From Myxococcaceae bacterium (lineage in GTDB: Bacteria > Myxococcota > UBA727 > JABDBI01): a DNA stretch of 64,000 bases. The stretch's first letter is position 1. The number at the start of each line of letters is the position of its first letter. A program made the translations under genes and the position numbers. Below, piece after piece: positions 18,966 through 29,421 of the stretch. The notes below the pieces were generated by a model. It was not told the DNA's origin. It saw nothing but the letters and a program-made list of their open reading frames with translations, and searched no databases. The DNA is taken from the NCBI GenBank assembly GCA_016000045.1, contig JAECQY010000003.1:91-64090 (forward strand). Reading direction: 5' to 3'.

Positions 18966-20233
18966 TGAAGACGGTCGTTTCAGTGATTGGTTTGGGATAC
19001 GTTGGATTACCGCTCGCATTGGAGTTTGCCAAACACTTTGAAACCGTGGGTTTTGACTTGAGCATCGATCGAATAGAAGAACTGCGAACTTGCTTTGATC
19101 GGACAGAGCAGACTAGTGTCGAAGAACTTCAAGAAACAACGCTCAAGATAAGCTCTGATCCGGAAGTTTTAGTCCGAGCCAATTTCCATGTTATTACGGT
19201 TCCCACTCCCATCGACAGCAGCCGAAACCCAGACTTGACTTGTTTGATCAGCGCCAGTCAATTAATAGGGACATATCTTAAAAAAGGAGACACGGTCGTA
19301 TACGAGTCCACCGTATACCCCGGATTAACAGAAGAAGACTGTCTTCCGATCCTGGAACGAGCCTCAGGCCTTCAAGCGGGTCAGGACTTTCAGCTTGGTT
19401 ATTCACCCGAACGTGTGAATCCTGGTGATCCGGTTCATGCGCTAACCCATATTACGAAAGTGGTTTCGGGTATTGATTCCGCCAGTTTGAACCGCATTGC
19501 TGAAGTCTACAGCAAGGCCATTAAGGCCGGTGTCTATCGAGCACCAACGATTAAAACGGCCGAAGCGGCGAAAGTCATTGAAAACACTCAGCGCGATCTC
19601 AACGTAGCGCTGATGAACGAGCTGGCTGTTATCTTTCACAAAATGGATATCGATACTGGAGAAGTGCTTAAGGCCGCTCAAACAAAGTGGAACTTTTTGC
19701 CTTTTAAACCGGGTCTTGTCGGCGGCCATTGCATCAGCGTGGATCCTTACTACTTAACGCACAAAGCCCAGGCGTTGGGATACCACCCGGAAGTTATCTT
19801 GGCAGGGCGGCGCATCAACGATCAGATGGGAGCCTATGTGGCTCAGCAGACGATTCTACAGATGATCCATCAAGGCATCTCGATCAAAAACGCCCAAGTC
19901 GGGATTTTGGGAATTACCTTTAAAGAAAACTGTCCAGATATTCGAAATACCAAAGTGGTCGACATGATCAACGAACTGCATCGATTTGGAATTAAGACCT
20001 TTGTTCATGATCCGATGGCGTATCGCGAAGAAGTTTTACTTGAGTACAGCCTTGAACTGATTGATTGGGATCAGATGCCGCGTGTGGGGGCTTTTGTTTT
20101 GGCCGTTGCACACGATCAATACAAAAATTTAGAGACCAATGCCTATCTCAAAAAACTCGAACCCAACGGCCTGGTAATAGACGTCAAAGGTATTCTGGCT
20201 CCCACTCAAGCATTTCCCGTTTGGAGGCTATAA
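18966..20233 (+). CDS. nucleotide-sugar dehydrogenase (UDP-GlcNAc/UDP-ManNAc 6-dehydrogenase family, TviB/WbpO-like)
   Basis: MKTVVSVIGLGYVGLPLALEFA Rossmann start at ATG 18966. GGHCISVDPYYL catalytic Cys region. ~420 aa. The 133-aa N-terminal extension in the track ORF is antisense to apbC. Confidence 0.85.
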
Positions 20234-20234
20234 C

Positions 20235-21236
20235 ATGATTTTGATAACCGGTGCCGCTGGCTTTGTTGGAGCCAGTTTATCTCGACGCTTTCTTAGAGAA
20301 GGGCAATGCGTCTTAGGTCTGGATAATTTGAATGACTACTACGACCCAGCACTTAAAAAGGCTCGATTGGATTGGCTCAAACATCCTAATTTTCGTTTTA
20401 TCAAACTGGACTTAGCGAATCGAGATGCGATGGAAAAACTCTTTTGCAACCATTCGTTCGATCAAGTCATCCATCTAGCCGCTCAAGCCGGAGTTCGTCA
20501 TTCTGTCACGCATCCGCACGTCTACATCGACTCGAATGTGACGGGCTTCCTGCATATCCTAGAAGGTTGCCGAAACGCCACAATCCCTCTGATCTACGCT
20601 TCAACCAGTTCGGTCTATGGAAAAAGCACACGACTCCCATTTTCCGAAGATGACCCTTGTGAACACCCCATCACTCTATACGGAGCAACGAAACGAGCCA
20701 ACGAACTCATGGCTTATTCTTACACGCACTTGTACACGTTTCCGACCACTGGGCTTCGATTTTTTACCGTGTATGGGCCTTGGGGTAGGCCTGATATGGC
20801 ACTGTTTAAGTTCACGGCGAACATCTTAAAAGGCGAGCCGATCGAGGTATACAACCATGGCGATATGCTGCGAAATTTTACCTACGTAGATGATATCGTC
20901 GAAGGCATTTTTCGACTCAGCCAAAAAAAAGCAAGAGGAGCTGAAATTTATAACCTAGGGAATCCGCTTAGCACTCCTCTCATGGATTACGTCCAAGAGA
21001 TTGAGGTCCAGACAGGCAAAAAAGCCATTCTCAATTTCATGCCCATGCAACCGGGAGACATTGCGCAAAACCCTGCGGATACCCGAAAACTCCAATTAGC
21101 CATTGGTTTCACCCCTCAGGTCCGTATCCAAGAAGGCATTCAACACTTCGTTGCTTGGTACCGAGATTATTATGGCTTAAGAACGTGTTCAGCTAAAAAA
21201 TCGGCTACTCGGTCCAAATCAAAAGGCCAAGGATAG
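20235..21236 (+). CDS. NAD-dependent UDP-sugar 4-epimerase (UDP-glucuronate/UDP-GlcNAcA 4-epimerase family, TviC/Cap1J-like)
   Basis: MILITGAAGFVGASL, DNLNDYYD, YASTSSVYG, YGATKRANELMAYSY, GLRFFTVYGPWGRPDMALFKF. Immediately downstream of the dehydrogenase (TviB/TviC-type pair). Confidence 0.85.
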   Translation: MILITGAAGFVGASLSRRFLREGQCVLGLDNLNDYYDPALKKARLDWLKHPNFRFIKLDLANRDAMEKLFCNHSFDQVIHLAAQAGVRHSVTHPHVYIDSNVTGFLHILEGCRNATIPLIYASTSSVYGKSTRLPFSEDDPCEHPITLYGATKRANELMAYSYTHLYTFPTTGLRFFTVYGPWGRPDMALFKFTANILKGEPIEVYNHGDMLRNFTYVDDIVEGIFRLSQKKARGAEIYNLGNPLSTPLMDYVQEIEVQTGKKAILNFMPMQPGDIAQNPADTRKLQLAIGFTPQVRIQEGIQHFVAWYRDYYGLRTCSAKKSATRSKSKGQG

Positions 21237-21670
21237 CAAATTTGAACATCGGGGTATTGCTCCTGCAAATTTTTGACAATCTCCGGGATCTCAAACGCTG
21301 AATGCACACCTCCGGGAGTAAACATGGTCGTAAGGAGCTGAATATCTCGATAACCTTCGGAAACGAGCATCCGAACGGCTTCTTCGATGCTGGGTCCACA
21401 AAACTCATTGTAAGCAATTCGTAAGGTTCGATCTTCCAGCTTCTGAGCAAGTTTTTCAGCGATGGCTTGTACCCCAAAACAAAAAGGATCGTTCTCAGGC
21501 GTTCGAGGCCAAGCTCGGATTTCTTGATCGAGCGAACGTTCTTCTTGGCTTATCGAAGCACCGTTTCGATTACGTTGAGCCTCCAACATACGCAAACGAC
21601 TGATTTTATCAGAAGGATAGTCGCTTGGAACACCACCATGTCCAATCAAAATGACGGCTTTTTTATTCAT
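21170..21670 (-). CDS. CbiX/SirB-family small chelatase-like protein
   Basis: VILIGHGGVPSDYP...HSAFEIPE pattern and ~165 aa size. Convergent 67-nt overlap with the epimerase C-terminal tail. Confidence 0.6.
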   Translation of the reverse strand: MNKKAVILIGHGGVPSDYPSDKISRLRMLEAQRNRNGASISQEERSLDQEIRAWPRTPENDPFCFGVQAIAEKLAQKLEDRTLRIAYNEFCGPSIEEAVRMLVSEGYRDIQLLTTMFTPGGVHSAFEIPEIVKNLQEQYPDVQICYPWPFDLDRVADFLAEHVLKP

Positions 21671-22902
21671 GCCACTGGCCTATCAGATCGCATGAGATAC
21701 ACCAAGAGTAACAGCCCGGGCAAGGCAATCAAAGTCGATATTGAAAAATAAGCCGTCCAAGATAGTTGGTCAGCAATCCATCCGCAGGGAGAAGCCAAAA
21801 ATGTTCTGCCGACTGCCGTCAAAGAAGATAAGAGAGCGTATTGGGTGGCTGTGTAGGATGCATGGCAAAGTTTCGATAAATAGGCCACGAGCGCAGCCGT
21901 ACCCATTCCGCTCGTGATATTTTCAATGGCAATCACCAGCATTAAAACCGTCGTTTCATGTCCAGCCTGTGCTTGCCAAACAAAGGCCAGATTCGATAGA
22001 AGTTGCAGAATTCCGCATACGAAAAGCGCTTGATAGATTCCAGTTCGGCTCATCAACCACCCTCCCAGAAAACCTCCTCCAAGCGTGGCAGCAAGGCCAA
22101 ATATTTTGGTAATATGCGCGATTTCGATTTTACTAAATCCAACTGCGACATAAAACGGACTCGTCATGTTCGAAACAAAAGCATCTCCGAGTTTGTACAA
22201 AATGACAAAAACAAGAATCGAAATCCACCGTGGTCTCTGAGCAAAGTCAAGCAAAGGCTCCCAAACTGCTTGGGTGAACCAATGAGACGAAGAGGAAGGG
22301 GTCAATGGAGGCTGCGGAGCAGGTTCTGAACCCAACAAGGTTGCCAGTATCCCGCAGAGCAAGACAGCAGCCATCAACCCATACACCGTTCCCCAGGCAA
22401 AAAAAGAAGCTAAATAAAGAGCCCCGGCACCCGATATCATCATGCCGATCCGATACCCTAAAACAGCGGTAGCAGCTCCTGCCCCGTAAAGTCTTTCGTC
22501 CAAAATATCGACCCGATAAGCATCGATCGCGATATCTTGCGTGGCCGATAAAAAAGCAACCAACAAAGCTAGAAGCGCAATAAATCGAAGATTTTCAGCT
22601 GGGTTTGTCAAAGAAAATCCGAGTAAGCTCAGCAACAGCAACACCTGTGAAAGCAGCATCCAAGAACGTCTGCGGCCCAGCGCTTGAGTGAGCCAAGGGA
22701 TCGAAAGTTGGTCAACGAGGGGAGACCACAAAAATTTAAAGGTGTAAGGTATCCCGACTAAAGCAAAAAGGCCAATGGCTGTGTTATTGGCTCCCGATTC
22801 GGCTAACCAAATTCCCAGTGTGCCACCGGTTAATAAAAGAGGAAGTCCGCTGGCAATACCCAGAAGAAAAATGATTCCAATTCTTTGATCCCAGTAAATC
22901 AA
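21667..22902 (-). CDS. ampG: AmpG-family muropeptide MFS permease
   Basis: GLPLLLTGGTLGIWLAESGANNTAIGLFALVGIPYTFKFLWSPLVD...RRRSWMLLSQ...LLVAFLSATQDIAIDAYRVD closely follows AmpG. Confidence 0.8.
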   Translation of the reverse strand: MIYWDQRIGIIFLLGIASGLPLLLTGGTLGIWLAESGANNTAIGLFALVGIPYTFKFLWSPLVDQLSIPWLTQALGRRRSWMLLSQVLLLLSLLGFSLTNPAENLRFIALLALLVAFLSATQDIAIDAYRVDILDERLYGAGAATAVLGYRIGMMISGAGALYLASFFAWGTVYGLMAAVLLCGILATLLGSEPAPQPPLTPSSSSHWFTQAVWEPLLDFAQRPRWISILVFVILYKLGDAFVSNMTSPFYVAVGFSKIEIAHITKIFGLAATLGGGFLGGWLMSRTGIYQALFVCGILQLLSNLAFVWQAQAGHETTVLMLVIAIENITSGMGTAALVAYLSKLCHASYTATQYALLSSLTAVGRTFLASPCGWIADQLSWTAYFSISTLIALPGLLLLVYLMRSDRPVA

Positions 22903-23660
22903 AAAGGTGTTTTCTCCTCAAAAGTCATCCATTGTTGTGTTCGGGGATGGTAACACGAAAATCGAGCCGCATGTAAAGCGATGCGGCCATGGAACCGGCT
23001 GTCCGCTCCGTACTTGGTATCACCTAAAATCGGATTCCCAAGAGAGGCGAGGTGAACACGAATCTGATTCTTGCGCCCCGTCTCAATTCGGATTTCACAT
23101 CGAGTCCAGTATTTGGATTGTTCCAAAGTTCGATAGTGGGTCACCGCACGCTTCCCCAGAGCTGCATCGGTTGTGATATAGCTTTTTAGGGCTTTGTTTT
23201 CGGCGAGTAGGCCTTCGACCGTTCCGGAAGCTTGCTTGGGATGTCCTTCGACTAAAGCGTGATAAATTTTTTCGAACCGACTCCAATTGGTTTCCAGAAT
23301 GGCTTCTATTGAGGAAGATTTCGCAAAAATCATGACTCCTGAAACTTTGCTATCCAAACGGTGAGTGAGAATAACCGACGTATGCTTGCGAATCTGTTGA
23401 ACAAATTTTTCAGATGTCATTCCAGCGGGCTTGCACGTGACGAGAATCGCGTCATCTTCAAAGAGAATGGGGTAGGGAGACTGGGCTTGACTGCGTTCAC
23501 GATGAGAAAGCAACTCAAGCTTGGCACCTGGAAGCAGGATGAAGTGAGGTCTGTTGTGAACGGTGCCATCGACTCGAACAAATCCGTTTTGAATGTACTC
23601 ACGAGCTTTGCTGCGCGAAGCGAGTCGAAAGTGTTTTTGAACGCCATCAAGAAGGTTCAT
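22899..23660 (-). CDS. RluA-family rRNA pseudouridine synthase with S4-like N-terminus
   Basis: HRLDSKVSGVMIFAK catalytic Asp motif. GRKNQIRVHLASLGNPILGDTKYG. 4-nt overlap with ampG. Confidence 0.85.
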   Translation of the reverse strand: MNLLDGVQKHFRLASRSKAREYIQNGFVRVDGTVHNRPHFILLPGAKLELLSHRERSQAQSPYPILFEDDAILVTCKPAGMTSEKFVQQIRKHTSVILTHRLDSKVSGVMIFAKSSSIEAILETNWSRFEKIYHALVEGHPKQASGTVEGLLAENKALKSYITTDAALGKRAVTHYRTLEQSKYWTRCEIRIETGRKNQIRVHLASLGNPILGDTKYGADSRFHGRIALHAARFSCYHPRTQQWMTFEEKTPF

Positions 23661-25251
23661 GTATCATACTCGCTTCAACAAAAGCTTTAAACAGTGGGTG
23701 AGGGCTCAAAGGCTTCGATAAAAATTCAGGATGGAACTGGCAAGCAATAAAGAATGGATGGTTGGAAAGCTCCACGACTTCTACCAATAGACCATCGGGA
23801 GACAAACCACTTAATTGAAGTCCAGCGTTTTCCAATTGACTCCGAAACGCGTTATTGACTTCGAAGCGATGACGATGGCGCTCAAATATCTCTTGGCTGC
23901 CGTAGATTTGGTGTGCCAGTGAGCCCAGTTGCAGAGAGCAAGGGTAAGTCCCGAGCCGCATGGTTCCGCCTTTTCGCGTAAGGCCTGCTTGATCTGGCAT
24001 AAAATGAATCACTTGGCAGTCTGATTGAGGATCAAATTCTTGAGAAGTTGCTTTAGGCAAATTGGCTTGATGACGCGCAAATTCGATCACTGCGATTTGA
24101 AGGCCCAAGCAAATGCCCAAAAATGGAATGCGGTGCTCTCGGGCGTATTGGACCGCATCGATTTTACCTTGTGTTCCTCGTTCTCCAAAGCCACCGGGCA
24201 CGAGAATCCCATCGAGGCCTTGAAACGGTTCTGAGCCTTGATGCTCGATTTCTTCTGAATCGATATAGCGGCAGTTTACTTTCACTCCACAAGCAATACC
24301 AGCATGAATTAAGGCTTCGTTAACGCTTTTATAGCTTTCGGTTGGGTTGACATACTTGCCTACAACCCCAATTTGAACCACCCCGGTTGGCGATTTAAAG
24401 CCTTGAACCACGCGTTCCCAGCCAGATAAATCTACCGAGGGTGCCGAAATATTGAAAGCTTCTAAAATGCGCTGATCCACACCTTCTTGAGAAAAGACCA
24501 GCGGAACTTCGTAAACTGTTTGCAAATCGGGACAACTGGCAATGGACTCTACCGGTAGATTACAAAACTGAGAAATTTTTGATTTGATCTCAGCCGTCAC
24601 GGGTTCTTCTGCCCGCAACAAAAGCAGGTCCGGTTGAACACCTAGACTTAGCAATTCTTTGACGGAGTGCTGAGTGGGCTTGGTCTTAATCTCTCCTGCA
24701 GCTCGAATCAGCGGAAGATAAGAAACATGCACAAAAATCGTATTGAGAGAACCTTCCTCTTGCCGCATCTGCCGAATGGCTTCAATGAAGGGCAAAGATT
24801 CAATGTCACCGACTGTTCCACCGACTTCACAAACCAGGATCTGATGACCTTTTCCGGCAGCCCGGATGGTGTCTTTGATCGCGTCTGTAATATGAGGAAT
24901 TACTTGAACAGTTGCTCCTAAGTATTCGCCATTTCTCTCTTTTTCTAAAACTTCTAAATAAATTTGACCCGATGTCTTGGTGTTTAATCGGCCGAGGCGT
25001 GCATGGATGTAGCGCTCATAGTGTCCCAAGTCGAGATCGGTTTCTGCTCCATCGTCCGTGACAAAAACCTCTCCATGTTGGAATGGGTTCATGGTTCCTG
25101 GATCCACGTTCAAATATGGATCGAGCTTTAACATACTCACATCAAGGCCTCGATTTTCCAGCAAAGTTCCAATCGAGGCGGAGGCAATGCCTTTTCCAAG
25201 CGAGCTAACCACGCCGCCTGTCACGAAGATGTATTGCGTTGATTGCGTCAT
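23647..25251 (-). CDS. pyrG: CTP synthase
   Basis: YIFVTGGVVSSLGKGIASASIG...KLDPYLNVDPGTMNP. C-terminal glutaminase GICLGLQ. 534 aa. Confidence 0.95.
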   Translation of the reverse strand: MTQSTQYIFVTGGVVSSLGKGIASASIGTLLENRGLDVSMLKLDPYLNVDPGTMNPFQHGEVFVTDDGAETDLDLGHYERYIHARLGRLNTKTSGQIYLEVLEKERNGEYLGATVQVIPHITDAIKDTIRAAGKGHQILVCEVGGTVGDIESLPFIEAIRQMRQEEGSLNTIFVHVSYLPLIRAAGEIKTKPTQHSVKELLSLGVQPDLLLLRAEEPVTAEIKSKISQFCNLPVESIASCPDLQTVYEVPLVFSQEGVDQRILEAFNISAPSVDLSGWERVVQGFKSPTGVVQIGVVGKYVNPTESYKSVNEALIHAGIACGVKVNCRYIDSEEIEHQGSEPFQGLDGILVPGGFGERGTQGKIDAVQYAREHRIPFLGICLGLQIAVIEFARHQANLPKATSQEFDPQSDCQVIHFMPDQAGLTRKGGTMRLGTYPCSLQLGSLAHQIYGSQEIFERHRHRFEVNNAFRSQLENAGLQLSGLSPDGLLVEVVELSNHPFFIACQFHPEFLSKPLSPHPLFKAFVEASMIHEPS

Positions 25252-25297
25252 GGGAGTTGATGATAGCCTATGTCTCTAAAATTCCAAGTAGAAAGGG

Positions 25298-26045
25298 CAA
25301 GCAAAATATGAAACTCTTTCATTTCATGCATCGCGCCTACATCCAACCGAACAAGCTTCGTCTTGCCAATCCAGCATCCCGTCTCGAACTTCCAGAGGAA
25401 GTTTGTCACCGATTGCAACGAGTTCTTCGCTTAAAAGATGGCGAAGAAGTCGAGCTTTTTGATGGAGCCGGTCTTTGTATTCGAGGAACTCTGCAAGCTC
25501 AGGTTTTGTTTGTAGGGCAGGTAGAGCATCACCCGCAGCCTTTGCGGAAGCTCACTCTCGTTCAAGCCTTGATCGCCTTGGATAAGCTTGAGGAAGTGAT
25601 CCAACGCGCTACGGAACTAGCCGTGGATGAGATCATTTTGGTTCGCTTAGAACGAAGCCAAATTCATTTTGAGTCAAAGCTTCGATCGAAACTGGAACGC
25701 CTTCAACGAATTGCTCAAGATGCCAGCCGTCAATCCGGCAGGGCCTTTGTTCCGGAGGTTCTTAGCATTCCCAATTTGATTCAAGTATTATCCCATAAAG
25801 CCGACCTCAATCTTGTCGCAGATCCCAGCTCACTAACCACGATTCAAAGCGTTCTAGGAAAAAAACTCCTTGAATCGGAACGAGTACGGATTTTTGTTGG
25901 ACCAGAAGGAGGCTTCTCCAAGGCAGAAATTCAGCTTTTTGAAGAACAAGCTTTTGAGCGAGTCAAAATTGCTCCCTTTATTCTGAGAACAGAAACAGCT
26001 GGTATCGCCATGTTGGCACAAATTGCAGCCGCTTTGCTGAAATAG
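25298..26045 (+). CDS. rsmE: 16S rRNA (uracil1498-N3)-methyltransferase RsmE family
   Basis: ATG at 25298 (MKLFHF). PUA-like N-terminus. C-terminal SPOUT region FVGPEGGFSKAEI...APFILRTETAG. Confidence 0.85.
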
Positions 26046-26127
26046 AAGGCCTTCCTCTGATAATCTATTCGCATGCCCTAAGCATTCGTTTTTTTTAACC
26101 GATTAAAAAGCATGAGAGAGAAAAAAG

Positions 26128-26958
26128 ATGCCGATCACCCTGGAAAGACCTGAAATTCGTCTGCCCGAAGAACTCAGAGCTCCAATACTTCGAAAACCGG
26201 ATGAGATCAAAACATCGGAAAATGCCCCTTGGACGCCTGTTCAAATCCACATTGCCGAAATGTTGCAAGATTTATTCAAAGGAAAAGACAGCTTTGAATT
26301 GAGTTCAAACCCGATCAATCGATCGATCGAGGATCTGGAACAAACAGGCATTCAGGTGAACTCAGATTCTAAAACAATTTCCTATCAGGGGCATACCTTT
26401 GCTCTTCCTTCGGCTCTTCAGATCGATTCTACTAGTAACTCGGTTCGATACATCCCTAAGGTATTTTCTGCACCTGCGCAGTCAAATCTCAGATCAATGC
26501 CTCTGGTCCACAAAACAACCTTTGGAGCTGCCCCCCTCGATCCGACTCCCGTTCTTAAAGCGATACAGAACGAAGCTCAATCTCCTCCTTTCACGAAGCC
26601 CAGTTTTTCTCCAGATACAGCTTCAACTTCACAAAGTTCCGCTCGAGCTCAACAAGTAATTCTGCCTGAAGCCAGCCAAATTATATCGAGTGTTAGCCAA
26701 ATGCAGCAGGCAATCGCTGGGGCAAGACTTTCGGAAACAAACAAAAGATTGCAGAATCAAACAATCCAAAACGCCGTCCAAATGGCTGCAGAACGAACCG
26801 TGGGTTCCATTGTGGCAAACCAAAGTGCACTCGATGACAACCGCCAGCAAAAGCAGCAAGATCGGGGCCTGTTGGAATTTGCAAGCCAAGCAGAACAAGA
26901 AAATCAAAGTGTGACAAAATCGGGGCAATCCGCAGGGCCTCACCAAGGGAAAAAATAG
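26128..26958 (+). CDS. hypothetical Ser/Gln/Pro-rich, probably disordered protein
   Basis: 276-aa ORF with GAGAG-like SD upstream. Low-complexity Q/S-rich C-terminal half. No family recognised. Confidence 0.45.
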   Translation: MPITLERPEIRLPEELRAPILRKPDEIKTSENAPWTPVQIHIAEMLQDLFKGKDSFELSSNPINRSIEDLEQTGIQVNSDSKTISYQGHTFALPSALQIDSTSNSVRYIPKVFSAPAQSNLRSMPLVHKTTFGAAPLDPTPVLKAIQNEAQSPPFTKPSFSPDTASTSQSSARAQQVILPEASQIISSVSQMQQAIAGARLSETNKRLQNQTIQNAVQMAAERTVGSIVANQSALDDNRQQKQQDRGLLEFASQAEQENQSVTKSGQSAGPHQGKK

Positions 26959-26974
26959 AAGCGCCTCAACAAGT

Positions 26975-27376
26975 CTAGGAGGGGAGCCTCAATCCATGAA
27001 CCAGCGTTTTTGGGCCTTGCGGAAAAACAACTTCGATCTTGTTACTGCCCTTATCCGCGGTAACAACGCCAATCCCAAAAAGCGTATGTTTTAAAACAGA
27101 ACCTTTTTCGTAACGCGTATCCGTTCGATACGGCACGGCCTCCGCGCCACGAGTGCTCTCAAGCAAAGCCATGTAAGGCTTCGGCTTGACGTTTTGCACA
27201 CTTCCGCGAGCCTTGATGGGAGCAGTCCCTGGAGCGTGAGGCTTATACTGATGCTGAGCTTGGCACGTATTGCAGCCAACCCGCTTGATCTCTCCTCCAG
27301 CGATCGCCTCGATGGTATGAGCCAAGATTAGCTTGCAGCGTCCGCACCAACTATCGATATCAGAACCCGTTCTCAT
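26975..27376 (-). CDS. hypothetical zinc-ribbon protein with C-terminal SH3/Tudor-like segment
   Basis: CGRCKL...CNTCQ pair of CxxC. C-terminal KHTLFGIGVVT...KIEVVFPQG. Start MRTGSD placed 1 nt after the M3 peptidase stop. Confidence 0.45.
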   Translation of the reverse strand: MRTGSDIDSWCGRCKLILAHTIEAIAGGEIKRVGCNTCQAQHQYKPHAPGTAPIKARGSVQNVKPKPYMALLESTRGAEAVPYRTDTRYEKGSVLKHTLFGIGVVTADKGSNKIEVVFPQGPKTLVHGLRLPS

Positions 27377-27377
27377 C

Positions 27378-29234
27378 TTAAGCTCCTTGTTCGAGCCAGT
27401 TCTGGAATGCATCAAAACGATAGGGTCTTCCTAAGAAATCTTGAACCAGCTCTGCAGCGTCCTTAGAACCTCCTGCTTCTAAAATCAACTGACGATAGCG
27501 TTTAGCTTGTTGCTTATCCATTAAGCCATTCGCTTCGAAAGCGCTCAAAAAATCTTTTGAGATAACTTTTGACCACATGTACGTGTAATACATGGCCGAG
27601 TAGTCTACCAAATGCCCAAAACTCATGGGCATATAGGTATCCGCCATCGGAGCAAAGTCCGAATATTTTGCCTGCAATTTGCTGAAAGTATCCATCGGCT
27701 CGAAAGACTCAGGATGCTGCCAATAGTATTGAAGACTCAGCTCTGCCAACATCATTTGCCGCTTCGTATCGATGCCTTTTCCAAATTCGTCAGCGGATCG
27801 CATTTTACTCACCAAATCGCTTGGAATCTGAGAAAAGGTCTGCAGCACTTCAGGATTCCAAGCCCATTCTTCAAAAAACTGAGAAGGTGCTTCCACAAAA
27901 TCCCATTCGGTGGATACGCCTGAAAAATGAATGTAAGGCTGGTTGCCTCCTAGGATATGGTGCATCAAATGCCCAAATTCGTGAAAGAAAGTAACGACCT
28001 GATCGTGATCCATTAAGTCTGTCGAAAAATTACATGCCAGAGCGCCAATAGGAAGCTGCTTGCCTTTAACGCCATTTTGAATGGTGAACTGAGCCGCGTG
28101 TTTGAACTTATTATCTCGAGGATGCAAATCCAAGTAAATCTCTCCCAACGCTCGATTTCCTCGGCTTACTTGGTAAACTTCAACGGATGGATGCCATACT
28201 TCAGGCTGCTTGACTCGCTCAAAACGAAGTTCAAAAAGCTGAGCACTTAAATCCAAGAGTCCATCGCGAACTTTGGGGAAGCTGAAATAAGATCGAACTT
28301 TTTGCGAATCTACCTGATAACGAGCTTTTCGAATTTTCTCTTCCAGGTAGGCTTTTTCATAGGGGTACACTTCGGTTGCGCTCGGATCCCGTTGACGCTT
28401 TTGAGCCAACAAGTCTGCGTATTCTTTTTTAGCTCCCATGGAAGCAATGGCAGAGATTTTATGAATGAAATCAGATGCATTTTGGCTTGTTTTCATCATT
28501 TTATCTTCAATGACATACTCTGCGAAACTAGGATAACCCAACAGCTGTGCAAGCTCATAACGCTTCTGAATAAGCTGTTTTAAAATAGCGACATTTTTGG
28601 GGTAGCCACGTTGATTTAGCTGAAGGTAGAGTTCTTTTCGAGCGTTTGCGTCCTCCGCGTAGGTCATGAACGGGATCGAGTCGGGATAATCCGTGCTAAT
28701 CGTCACTTTTCCGTTTGCCTGAACCGGATGCGAAGCGACAAAATCCGAAGGTAGGCCTTTTAAATGCGCGTGCGAGATTTCAATCGAGCGTTTGTCCTCT
28801 CGGATATTGCGTGCAAACTCTTGCCCGATCAGGGTCAATTGCTCTTCAAGTACTTTGATTTTCGCTCTTGTGGCCGAGTCTTGATTCACTCCTGAGCGTT
28901 TGAAGTTTTGGAGAATTTTGTCCAAAAGCCGTTTGGAGTCGCTTTTAAGGGAATGAGGTTTTAAAGCTGCAAATCGATCGTAGAGCGCGCGATCAAGCGA
29001 AAGATTCGTGATAAATTGGCTGGCTTGTTGCTCACACCGCTCGGCTTCTTCTCGAACTTTTTGGCTAGGGTGAACTTGAGAGAGCAGGCCAGGCAATGAA
29101 CTCATCGCATCCAGATGAACTTCAAGCTGATTGTATAGATTCAACGGATTCTTGGCACCCGAAACAATTTTTGCTCGAAGAGCTTCTGCTTTTTTTTGCT
29201 CGGTCTGGCACCGTACTTCTAGATTTTCAAACAT
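27378..29234 (-). CDS. M3-family zinc metallopeptidase (oligopeptidase A / Dcp / thimet-like)
   Basis: FFHEFGHLMHHIL (HExxH) with downstream E. ~618 aa typical of M3. Confidence 0.85.
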   Translation of the reverse strand: MFENLEVRCQTEQKKAEALRAKIVSGAKNPLNLYNQLEVHLDAMSSLPGLLSQVHPSQKVREEAERCEQQASQFITNLSLDRALYDRFAALKPHSLKSDSKRLLDKILQNFKRSGVNQDSATRAKIKVLEEQLTLIGQEFARNIREDKRSIEISHAHLKGLPSDFVASHPVQANGKVTISTDYPDSIPFMTYAEDANARKELYLQLNQRGYPKNVAILKQLIQKRYELAQLLGYPSFAEYVIEDKMMKTSQNASDFIHKISAIASMGAKKEYADLLAQKRQRDPSATEVYPYEKAYLEEKIRKARYQVDSQKVRSYFSFPKVRDGLLDLSAQLFELRFERVKQPEVWHPSVEVYQVSRGNRALGEIYLDLHPRDNKFKHAAQFTIQNGVKGKQLPIGALACNFSTDLMDHDQVVTFFHEFGHLMHHILGGNQPYIHFSGVSTEWDFVEAPSQFFEEWAWNPEVLQTFSQIPSDLVSKMRSADEFGKGIDTKRQMMLAELSLQYYWQHPESFEPMDTFSKLQAKYSDFAPMADTYMPMSFGHLVDYSAMYYTYMWSKVISKDFLSAFEANGLMDKQQAKRYRQLILEAGGSKDAAELVQDFLGRPYRFDAFQNWLEQGA

Positions 29235-29421
29235 GTTCTTTTCTCCTCCTTAGCCTAAGGAATCTCTTTTACGGCAAGGGATTGGTTTACAAACATCCTA
29301 ACATTTTTTAGAAGGTTTAGGTACCCAAGTGAGCCCTTTCCAATCTCAAACGCCCTTAACTCGAACAAGCTCTGGAGAAGTAAAGAGTGCTAGGGTGGAC
29401 TGGGTTCTGAAGAGGAGAAAA

